From positions 8,534 through 72,533 of the forward strand of contig JBHGBM010000017.1 of the NCBI GenBank assembly GCA_041946965.1: a DNA stretch of 64,000 nucleotides, given 5' to 3'. Source of the DNA: Bryobacteraceae bacterium. GTDB lineage: Bacteria > Acidobacteriota > Terriglobia > Bryobacterales > Bryobacteraceae. Positions 35,750-44,093 of the stretch are shown here, piece by piece; the stretch's first letter is position 1; each line of letters starts with the position of its first letter. The translations under genes were made by a program, and so were the position numbers. The notes beneath the pieces are model-generated. The model worked only from the letters and a program-made list of their open reading frames with translations. It made no database searches and had not been told where the DNA came from.

Positions 35750-37129
35750 TTACTCTTGCGCCAGGCGCTTCAGCAGGTCCGCGGCCGTTTCCACGATCTT
35801 CTCGCCCGCGCCCGGGGCGAGCGGCGTGCTGGCCGGTTCGTAGCTTCCCTCGGCGTACGCCTGGCGCGTGGGAATGTAACCGATGGAGTCATTCGCCAGT
35901 TCCACAATGAACGTGTAGCGGAACGGCGATGCCTTCTTGATGCTCTGACCGAGTTCCACGAACAGTTCGCCCGGCACCGCTACAAAGGCCACCGGACCCA
36001 CCGCAATCACCTGCATCTCCGCGCGCACCGGCTCGCCGTTGCGCTTGTGAACCGCCATGACCTTGGCGGCTTTCACCCGCTCGATGGTGAAATCCACGTT
36101 CTGCGGCGGCGGCTCGGCGAGAACCTTGCGGGATTCCTCCACCTCCTGGGCGGTCACCTTCACCAGCGGCAGATCGATGGTCCGCGAGAGGGCCCGGACC
36201 CGCGCGTCCGGAACGCCTTCCATGTGGGTGTACGCCTTGGTGACGGCGGAACCCAGAACTTCGCCAAACCGCCGGGCCGTCTCGAAACCGCGCTGCGGCC
36301 CGGGACGCCGGATGTCGTAGTGGTTGATATTGCCCGCCGCGCCGATAGTGAACACCGTGGGCATGTCCTGGCCCTTGATCTTCGAAAGGAAGCGCCCCAG
36401 AAAGTAGGCGTAATCGGCGGAAATCCAGGTGCCGCCCACCGTGTCCTGGTGCATGGCGTAATTGACCCAGGTAACCAGCGGCTCTCCCGATTCCGTCTCG
36501 GCGTACACGACGCCGACATCCGGATCGGGAACGCCCACCGGCCGCACCACGTCGGGGTTGACATAGCCGGGCGGCGCGTTGGGAACCACCCACGGGTTCG
36601 TGCGCACACTGCCGTCCTTCATCACGTACCGGCGGTAGTGCGCGATGGAGGCTTCCTTTTCGAGCGCTACGAAGAGCCGCGCGGGACTCTTGCGGCCGTG
36701 GGCGGTAGTCACGCTATCGGCGATCCATCCGCCCAGCATCCGGGTATATTCCGGCGAGCTCACTACCGGCCCGGTGTGGGAGTGCGTCGCGCTGATCATC
36801 ACTTGGCCGGCGGGTATGCCCCACTTGGCCTCGAGTTTCTTGCGCGCGGTCTCCACCGCCTGCCGGCTCACGTGCACGATCTCGCAAGCCACCAGCGCCG
36901 CGCGCGTGCGCCCGTCGTCGAACACCAGCGCGCTGGCGTGCAAATCGTCATGGACGCCATCGGCGGCGCGCGGGTAGTAATACCCCGCCATGGGGATTTC
37001 GAGCGGCGGTGTGATGACGGTTCGTCCGACGCCGATCTTCAGAGCGGGCGGCGCCGCCAGGGACGCTCCGGCCATCAGCATGCCACACCCAAGCACCCTA
37101 CCCGGTCCACGCATGTTAATTCTCTTCAC
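35750..37129 (-). CDS. Neutral/alkaline non-lysosomal ceramidase-like N-terminal-domain hydrolase
   Basis: A signal peptide is present. KIGVGRTVITPPLEIPMAGYY...DLHASALVFDDG...ISATHSHTGP is the ceramidase_alk-like pattern. Confidence 0.65.
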   Translation of the reverse strand: MKRINMRGPGRVLGCGMLMAGASLAAPPALKIGVGRTVITPPLEIPMAGYYYPRAADGVHDDLHASALVFDDGRTRAALVACEIVHVSRQAVETARKKLEAKWGIPAGQVMISATHSHTGPVVSSPEYTRMLGGWIADSVTTAHGRKSPARLFVALEKEASIAHYRRYVMKDGSVRTNPWVVPNAPPGYVNPDVVRPVGVPDPDVGVVYAETESGEPLVTWVNYAMHQDTVGGTWISADYAYFLGRFLSKIKGQDMPTVFTIGAAGNINHYDIRRPGPQRGFETARRFGEVLGSAVTKAYTHMEGVPDARVRALSRTIDLPLVKVTAQEVEESRKVLAEPPPQNVDFTIERVKAAKVMAVHKRNGEPVRAEMQVIAVGPVAFVAVPGELFVELGQSIKKASPFRYTFIVELANDSIGYIPTRQAYAEGSYEPASTPLAPGAGEKIVETAADLLKRLAQE

Positions 37130-37296
37130 CTCGAACGGGATACCGCATAGTGTACACCCGGCCCGCCGCCGTGCCGGGGGAGCACGCGATATACAATTGT
37201 GCTTGCACTACGATTAAGCTTCAGGTTCCGAACCGGGACCGCCGCGCACACCGATTTGCCCGTTGTTGGAGGTTGAGATTGAAGCACCGTATCTAC

Positions 37297-38415
37297 ATGT
37301 ACCTGCGTTCCGCGACTCTGCTGGGGATCGCCTGCGCGGCGATGCCGGAGACCGCGCGCGCGTGCAACGTGCCGGTGTTTCGGTATGCGATGGAACGGTG
37401 GCCCGCGGACCCCTACCAGATCGTGGTGTATTATCGGCCGGGACAGAAGGGTGCGGCCTTCGGCTTGTTGCGGGACACCGCCAACTATTCCCTCCAGGGC
37501 GTCGATGTCACCAGGCCGGAGGGGAAGGCGCTCGCGGAGCGGCAAGGCGTTGCGGCGTACCCCTGGGTGGAGATCTACTATCCCGCGCAATCCCAGGTCC
37601 GCACACCCGTGTGGGCCGGGCCTCTGACTTCGGAAACGGCTAAGAACATCCTTAACTCCCCGAGCCGGTCCCGGCTGGCCGAAATGTTGCTGGGCGGAGA
37701 CGTCGCGGTTTGGGTGCTGGTCAAAAGCGGCCACGACGAGAAAGACCGCCGTGCGCTGGACTCGCTGAAGAGCAGCCTGGACCGCGCGTCGGCCGCTCTC
37801 CGGATTCCCGAGACCGGTGTGGACGCCAACGGCAATGCGGTCGATGTCACGGATTTCAAAACCTACCCGGTGCGTTTCGGTTTGATGGAGGTGGCGCGCC
37901 ACGACCTGCGGGAAGAGCTGCTGGTGAACGCCCTGCTGGCGTCGGAACCCGATCTCAGCGGCTACGACGAACCCATGGCTTTCCCCGTGTTCGGCCGCGG
38001 CCGCGCGCTGTACGCGCTGGCCGGCAACGGGATTCAGGAGAAGAACATCCGGGAGGCCTGCGAGTCGCTGCTTGCCTGGTGTTCCTGCGAGATCAAGGCC
38101 ATGAGCCCAGGCACCGATCTGCTGATTGCGGCGGATTGGTCGCGGCCGTTCGGCGGCCGGCTGGTAAAGGACCCGGAGTTGCCCCTCACTAGCGTGAGCG
38201 CTTTTCTTCCAGAGCGGAAGCCGGTGGAAACCGCGGCCGTGCAGCCGGGGGCGTTGTGTAAGATCACGCCGCCCGCGCGCTCAACCGCTCCGCCGGCGCA
38301 GGCCCCGGCGCCGCGCCGGAACCCGCTGGCGCGCAATCTGGTGTACCTGGCCGCGGCGGCCGGAGTGGCGCTGGCGGCGCTCTCCGTAGTCCTGAGGGTG
38401 AAGGCAAAGAGATGA
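37297..38415 (+). CDS. Secreted, C-terminally membrane-anchored hypothetical protein (CNVPVFRYAxERWP family)
   Basis: ATG 37297 begins a signal peptide ending ...ARAC, then NVPVFRYAMERWPADPY. There is a C-terminal TM helix (LVYLAAAAGVALAALSVVL). The stop overlaps the next start (ATGA). Confidence 0.65.
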   Translation: MYLRSATLLGIACAAMPETARACNVPVFRYAMERWPADPYQIVVYYRPGQKGAAFGLLRDTANYSLQGVDVTRPEGKALAERQGVAAYPWVEIYYPAQSQVRTPVWAGPLTSETAKNILNSPSRSRLAEMLLGGDVAVWVLVKSGHDEKDRRALDSLKSSLDRASAALRIPETGVDANGNAVDVTDFKTYPVRFGLMEVARHDLREELLVNALLASEPDLSGYDEPMAFPVFGRGRALYALAGNGIQEKNIREACESLLAWCSCEIKAMSPGTDLLIAADWSRPFGGRLVKDPELPLTSVSAFLPERKPVETAAVQPGALCKITPPARSTAPPAQAPAPRRNPLARNLVYLAAAAGVALAALSVVLRVKAKR

Positions 38416-39674
38416 GTGTCTGGCGATTGGTCATCAGGGAAATCACGCGCAGGAAGGCCAACTTCGTATCCGGCCTGGTTGCCGTCACGCTGGCGGTGGC
38501 GGTGCTCGCCGGGTCCATGACGGTCCTCAGGCTCCACGACCTGCGGACGCAACACATTGTGGCCCGTAAGGAGCAGGAAACCAGGAAGCGGATGGCGCTG
38601 CTCGAAGACGACTACCGGAAGATCATGAAGAATCTGGGATTCAACCTGCTGATCTTCCCCGCCAATCAGAAGCTCTCCGATTTCTACGCGGACGACGCTG
38701 TCACCGCCTACATGCCGGACACGTACGCCACCCGCCTGGCCGAAGCCAGGATCGTAACCATCCGCCACCTCCTGCCGAGCCTCCAGGAGAAAGTCCTGTG
38801 GCCGGAAAAGAAGCGCACCATCATCCTGATAGGGACGCGCGGCGAGGTTCCGTCGATGTTCCGCGATGCGCAGGAGCCCATCCTGACGGCGGTCGAGAAG
38901 GGCCGCGCGGTTGTGGGGTACGAGCTTGCCCGCAGCCTCGGCCTGAAGCCGGGAGACCGCATCACGCTGTTCGGAAGGGCGTTCATCGTCAGCGAGTGCC
39001 ACGAGGAACGCGGCACGCGCGACGATATCTCCATCTGGATCGACCTCTCGCAGGCGCAGGAGATTCTGGGGAAGCCCGGCCGTATCAACGCCATCCTGGC
39101 GCTGAAATGCCTCTGCGCCGGCAACGAGCTGGCCAATGTCCGGCGCGACGTCGCCGCCGTTTTGCCGGGCGCCCAGGTGATTGAACACGGATCCAAAGTG
39201 CTCACCCGCGCCGAAGCCCGGGAACGCGCCTCCAGGGAGGCCGCCGGCGCGCTCGCGGCCGAGATGCGCAACCGGCAGCATCTGCGCGACGAGCAGGAGA
39301 GATTCTCTTCCATCCTCGTGCCCCTGGTGCTTCTGGCCAGCGCCCTCTGGGTCGGCCTGGTGTTCTACACCAACGTGCGGGAACGCCGCGGCGAGATCGG
39401 AATTCTGAGAGCCCTCGGCGCCCGCACGCGCACCATACTCGGGATGTTTCTGGCCAAAGCCTTGCTCATGGGCATTACCGGCGGATTGGCCGGATACACC
39501 GCGGGGATCCTGGTGGGCCTGGGCCGGCAGACGGATACCACGCTTGCCTTTCTGGACGTGCGGCTGTTCCTTCTGGCGTGCTGCACCGCCGTGGCTCTGT
39601 CGTTGGCGGCCAGTTGGGCCCCGGCATATTACGCGGCTCAGCAGGATCCGGCCCAAGTCCTAAGGGAAGAGTGA
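38412..39674 (+). CDS. ABC transporter permease, FtsX/MacB/LolC-like
   Basis: It has an N-terminal TM helix, a large periplasmic loop, and a C-terminal FtsX domain (EIGILRALGARTRTILGMFLAKALLMGITGGLAGY). Confidence 0.85.
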   Translation: MSVWRLVIREITRRKANFVSGLVAVTLAVAVLAGSMTVLRLHDLRTQHIVARKEQETRKRMALLEDDYRKIMKNLGFNLLIFPANQKLSDFYADDAVTAYMPDTYATRLAEARIVTIRHLLPSLQEKVLWPEKKRTIILIGTRGEVPSMFRDAQEPILTAVEKGRAVVGYELARSLGLKPGDRITLFGRAFIVSECHEERGTRDDISIWIDLSQAQEILGKPGRINAILALKCLCAGNELANVRRDVAAVLPGAQVIEHGSKVLTRAEARERASREAAGALAAEMRNRQHLRDEQERFSSILVPLVLLASALWVGLVFYTNVRERRGEIGILRALGARTRTILGMFLAKALLMGITGGLAGYTAGILVGLGRQTDTTLAFLDVRLFLLACCTAVALSLAASWAPAYYAAQQDPAQVLREE

Positions 39675-39678
39675 GGGG

Positions 39679-40344
39679 ATGCTTCGGCTGGAGAGAGTGG
39701 TCAGGACCTACCCGAAAGGCAGCCGGCGGATCACGGCGCTGGCGGCGATGGATCTCACCGTCCGCGCGGGCCAGTTTGTCGCCGTCCAAGGTCCCAGCGG
39801 CAGCGGCAAGACCACCTGCCTGCTGATTGCGGGCGGGCTGCTGCACCCCGATTCGGGCAGAGTTCTGGTGGATGGCCACGATCTTTACGCCATGACGCGG
39901 GACCAGCTCGCGGCCTTCCGGTCGCAGAACATCGGATTCGTGTTTCAGCAGTATCACCTCATCCCTTATCTGAGCGTCCTGGAGAACATCCTCGCGCCGG
40001 AAGCCGCGCGTGGACCCAAGAGCGGTCAGGAACGCGGCCGGGAACTCGCCGCGCAGTTCGGTCTCGAGCACCGGCTCGATCACACCCCCGCCGAGCTCAG
40101 CTCCGGGGAGAAGCAGCGCACGGCCCTGGCGCGAGCGCTGCTGTTCCGGCCGAAAATTCTGCTGGCCGACGAGATTACGGGCAATCTGGACCGCGCGAAC
40201 GCGGAAATCGTTCTGGGTTATCTCAGGGAGTACGTCCACACGGGAGGTACGGTCCTCCTGGTGACACATGATCGTGAAATCGCGAAGCAGGCGGACGCGG
40301 TTGAATATCTGCCTGGGCATCAACAACAGGAGGGCCCCCGGTGA
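39679..40344 (+). CDS. ABC transporter ATP-binding protein (MacB/LolD-like)
   Basis: Walker A GPSGSGKTT, signature LSSGEKQR, Walker B ILLADEITGNLD (Ile where Pro is usual), and H-loop VTHD. Confidence 0.9.
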   Translation: MLRLERVVRTYPKGSRRITALAAMDLTVRAGQFVAVQGPSGSGKTTCLLIAGGLLHPDSGRVLVDGHDLYAMTRDQLAAFRSQNIGFVFQQYHLIPYLSVLENILAPEAARGPKSGQERGRELAAQFGLEHRLDHTPAELSSGEKQRTALARALLFRPKILLADEITGNLDRANAEIVLGYLREYVHTGGTVLLVTHDREIAKQADAVEYLPGHQQQEGPR

Positions 40345-43300
40345 AGTGGTTGTTCCTACCCGCAGTCATTGGAATGTTGATCTGTGCGGCGCTGCCGCAG
40401 TCGGCCGCGGCCGCTGACTGGCCCATGTGGCGGTATGACGCCGGAAGGACGGCTTCGTCTCCGGAAGAACTGCCCGCGCAACTTCATCCCCAGTGGATCC
40501 GGCAGTATTCGCAGCGGGAACCCGTTTGGGACGATCCGTTGAATCAGGACCTGATGCCGCTGGACCGCGTGTTCGAGCCGGTGGTGCTCGGCAACACCCT
40601 GTACATGGGCTTTAACGACCGCGACAAAGTCGTGGCGCTCGACATACGCACCGGCACGCAGAGGTGGGCCTTCTATGCCGACGGGCCGGTGCGCCTCCCG
40701 CTCGCCGGAAAGGGCAACCGCCTTTACTTCACCAGCGACGACGGCTATCTCTACTGCCTGGCCGCGGACACCGGCGCCCTGCTCTGGAAGTTCCGGGGAG
40801 GACCGGCCGGCCGCAAGATCCTGGGCAACAAGCGGCTGATCTCCACCTGGCCCGCGCGGGGCGGCGTGGTGCTGTACGAAGACGCGGTGTATTTCGCCGC
40901 CAGCATCTGGCCGTTCATGGGCACTTTCATTTACGCGCTGGACGCGGAGACCGGAAAGGTCATCTGGCGAAACGAAGGCACCGGCACGGATTACCAGCTC
41001 CAGCCGCACAACTCGCCCGCTTTCGCCGGAGTTGCGCCGCAGGGCGCCATGGTGGCCCTGGCGAACAAGTTGCTGGTCTCCGGCGGGCGTTCCGTGCCGG
41101 CCTGTTACGACCGGCGCACCGGCAAGCTGCTCTACTACCACCTGGCGGCGAACAACAAGACCGGCGGTGCGTTTGTGGCCGCCGATGAGCGTCGCTTCTT
41201 TAATCACTACCGCGACCGCGACACGGACCTGTACGACACCGAAACCGGCAAGATGGTGGCGCGCAAGGTTGGCCGATACCCGGTGCTCTCCGAGGAGGCC
41301 TACTACACCTCCGGCGACTCGATCACGATCCGCGATCCGCGGGATCCCTCCAAGCCGCAATTCACGCTGAAAGTGGATGCGACCGGAGACCTGATCCGGG
41401 CCGGCTCGCGACTCTACGCGGCGGGAAACGGACAGATCACCGCCGTAGACCTTCTCGCGAACTCTCCCGGCCTGAAGACGGCATGGGTGCGGAAAGTGAA
41501 CGGCAAGGTGGAGAGGCTGATCGCGGCTAACGGCATGCTTTTCGCCGTGACACTGGACGGCAAGTTGATCGCCTTCGGCAAGGAGAGCCGTCCCGTAAGA
41601 ACGCACGTGGCGAAAGCGGTTCCGCCGCAGATCCCGCCGCTGGCCGCGCAACAGGCCCGCGCCATTCTCGCACGAACGGGAGCGAAGAACGGCTACGCCC
41701 TGATGTACGGAGCCGGAACCGGAAACCTCCTTGCGGCCCTGGCGCGCGCGTCGGACCTCGATATCGTGGCCGTGGAACCTCGCGCGGAACGGGTGGCGGC
41801 GCTGCGCCGCCGCTTCGATGCCGCCGGGCTACTGGGAAAACGCATCCACCTGCTTCAGGGCACCCCCGATACGTTCGAGCCGCCGCCCTACATGGCGTCC
41901 CTGATCGTGCTCGCGGATGGAAGCCAGCGCTGGCAGAACGACGATTCGCTGAAGAAGATGGTCCGCTCGGTGAGGCCTTACGGAGGCAAGATCTGGCTGC
42001 CCGCCACCGCCGCGCGGCCGGCCTTCGTGAAACGGGTGCTGGGGAGCGGCGACGGCCCGAAGCTGACCGCCCGGACCCTGGCCTCGGGCGCGGTGGTGAG
42101 CAAAGACGGCCCGCTGCCCAAGTCCTCCAACTGGACGCACCAGTACGGCAACGTCGCCAACACCGTCAAGTCGGACGATGATCTGGTCAAGTTGCCGCTC
42201 GGGGTGCTCTGGTTCGGGGGCGTCTCCAACCTGGATGTCCTGCCGCGCCACGGCCACGGCCCGCCGGAACAGATCGTGGACGGCCGGCTGGTCATCGAGG
42301 GCGTGGACGGCATCAGCGCCCGGGACGTCTACACGGGCAGGCTGCTGTGGAAAGCGCCTTTGGACAGGTCGCACACTTTCGGCCTGTATTTCGACCAGAC
42401 GCACCAGCCTGAAATCCCGCTGAAGGTGATTACCAACCAGCAGCATATTCCCGGCGCCAACGCGCGCGGAACGAATTTCATCGCGACTTCCGACTGGGTT
42501 TACGTGATTCAGGGAAGCCGCTGCCACGTTCTGGATATGGCGACCGGGGAGAAGAAGAAGGTGTTCTCGCTGCCCGCCGAAAACGGCGCCGAGCCGCCCC
42601 AGTGGGGCTATATCGGCGTCTCCGGGAACCTGCTGATCGCGGGCAGGGACTTCGTGCCTTTCGCCACCGCATTCCCCGAGACCGCTCCCATAAGCGAGGC
42701 AAAAACGGGAGATTCGAGCCAACACCAACAGAAGAAGGCGAGCGTGTCCGCCGGTTACGACGTTACGTCCAGCAGAGCACTGGTGATCATGGACCGCCAG
42801 AGCGGCTCGACGAAATGGACCCTGAAGGCGCGCTACGGTTTCATCCATAACGCGATTACGGCGAGTGATAAAGTGCTGTACTGCCTGGACAAGCTGCCGC
42901 CGGCGCTCGAAAAGCGCATCCAGCGCCGCGGCCGCGAACTGCCCGCCAACTACCGCATGCTGGCGCTGGACCTGGAAACCGGGCGGGTGTTGTGGGAACG
43001 GAACACGGGCGTCTTCGGAAGCTGGCTGAGCTATTCCCAGGAACATGACCGCATCTTGCAAGCCACCCGGCCTTCCCGCGACATGGTCACGGACGAGCCC
43101 GGCGAACGCATGGCGGTGTACGTGGCCTCGAGCGGAAAGCTGGTGTGGGACAAGCCGGTCAAGTACAACAATCCGCCGATCCTCTACCACGACGAAATCA
43201 TCACCGACAACGCCGCGTACAAGCTGGCCACCGGGGAACGCAAGCTCAGCGCGGACCGGCTGACCGGAGAGGATATGCCCTGGAGCTACTCGCGCGGGTA

Positions 43301-44093
43301 CGGCTGCAATTACAACATCGCCAGCGAACACCTGCTGTCTTTCCGTTCCGCGGCTGCCGGATTTTACGACCTGCTCGCCGACAGCGGCACGGGAAATCTC
43401 GGCGGCTTCAAGTCGGGGTGCACCTCCAATCTCATAGCCGCGGGCGGCGTGTTGAACGCGCCGGACTACACCAGGACATGCCAGTGCTCGTATCAGAACC
43501 AGACGTCGCTGGCGTTCATCCACATGCCGGAGCTCGAGTACTGGACAACCAACGACTTCAAGTGGAACGGCAAGCGCGTGCGCCGGATCGGCATCAACCT
43601 CAACGCCCCCGGCGACCGGGTTGCCGCCGACGGCACGCTTTGGGTGGACTTCCCCAGTGTGGGCGGAAAGTCTCCCGATCTCCCGATCCAGTTCGATGCG
43701 GCACAGACCCGCGCCGTCCGGCGGCACGCCCTCTCTTTGCAGCCGAATGGCTATGAGTGGGTGGCGGCCTCCGGGTTCGCCGGACCGCTCAAGCTTGAAA
43801 TCACGCTGGCCGAAAAAGCCGCGGACACCGCCGCGTACACCGTCAAACTGCACTTTGCCGAGATCGAAGACAAGAAGCCGGGCGAGCGGCTCTTCCATGT
43901 CCGGCTTCAGGACCGCGAGGTGCTGCGCTCCTTCGACATCGCCCGCGAGGCGGGCGGCGCGGACAAGCCCATAGTCAAGACTTTCACCGGAATCCCGGTG
44001 AAAGACACCCTTAACCTCGAGTGCCTGCCGGCATCTCCCGAGGCTGGATCGCCGCCCTTGCTGAGCGGCATCGAGGTCATCGTTGAGAACTAG
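40341..44093 (+). CDS. Giant exported PQQ-like beta-propeller repeat protein with embedded class I methyltransferase-like domain and C-terminal malectin-like domain (1250 aa)
   Basis: GTG 40341 overlaps the upstream stop (GTGA). A signal peptide is present. DWPMWRYDAGRT...LYFTSDDGYLYCLAADTGALLWKF are PQQ/BamB-like repeats. GYALMYGAGTGNLLAALA...IVAVEP is a SAM-MTase motif I-like segment. YTVKLHFAEIEDKKPGERLFHVRLQDREVLRSFDI is malectin-like. Confidence 0.75.
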   Translation: MKWLFLPAVIGMLICAALPQSAAAADWPMWRYDAGRTASSPEELPAQLHPQWIRQYSQREPVWDDPLNQDLMPLDRVFEPVVLGNTLYMGFNDRDKVVALDIRTGTQRWAFYADGPVRLPLAGKGNRLYFTSDDGYLYCLAADTGALLWKFRGGPAGRKILGNKRLISTWPARGGVVLYEDAVYFAASIWPFMGTFIYALDAETGKVIWRNEGTGTDYQLQPHNSPAFAGVAPQGAMVALANKLLVSGGRSVPACYDRRTGKLLYYHLAANNKTGGAFVAADERRFFNHYRDRDTDLYDTETGKMVARKVGRYPVLSEEAYYTSGDSITIRDPRDPSKPQFTLKVDATGDLIRAGSRLYAAGNGQITAVDLLANSPGLKTAWVRKVNGKVERLIAANGMLFAVTLDGKLIAFGKESRPVRTHVAKAVPPQIPPLAAQQARAILARTGAKNGYALMYGAGTGNLLAALARASDLDIVAVEPRAERVAALRRRFDAAGLLGKRIHLLQGTPDTFEPPPYMASLIVLADGSQRWQNDDSLKKMVRSVRPYGGKIWLPATAARPAFVKRVLGSGDGPKLTARTLASGAVVSKDGPLPKSSNWTHQYGNVANTVKSDDDLVKLPLGVLWFGGVSNLDVLPRHGHGPPEQIVDGRLVIEGVDGISARDVYTGRLLWKAPLDRSHTFGLYFDQTHQPEIPLKVITNQQHIPGANARGTNFIATSDWVYVIQGSRCHVLDMATGEKKKVFSLPAENGAEPPQWGYIGVSGNLLIAGRDFVPFATAFPETAPISEAKTGDSSQHQQKKASVSAGYDVTSSRALVIMDRQSGSTKWTLKARYGFIHNAITASDKVLYCLDKLPPALEKRIQRRGRELPANYRMLALDLETGRVLWERNTGVFGSWLSYSQEHDRILQATRPSRDMVTDEPGERMAVYVASSGKLVWDKPVKYNNPPILYHDEIITDNAAYKLATGERKLSADRLTGEDMPWSYSRGYGCNYNIASEHLLSFRSAAAGFYDLLADSGTGNLGGFKSGCTSNLIAAGGVLNAPDYTRTCQCSYQNQTSLAFIHMPELEYWTTNDFKWNGKRVRRIGINLNAPGDRVAADGTLWVDFPSVGGKSPDLPIQFDAAQTRAVRRHALSLQPNGYEWVAASGFAGPLKLEITLAEKAADTAAYTVKLHFAEIEDKKPGERLFHVRLQDREVLRSFDIAREAGGADKPIVKTFTGIPVKDTLNLECLPASPEAGSPPLLSGIEVIVEN

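Noticed and set aside
34357-39656. ORFs 34357..35334(+), 35522..37150(+), 37126..37902(-) and 38034..39656(-)
   Set aside because: They are antisense to the ASST, ceramidase-like, anchored secreted protein and FtsX permease genes. No motifs are present, and the composition is Arg/Gly/His-rich.
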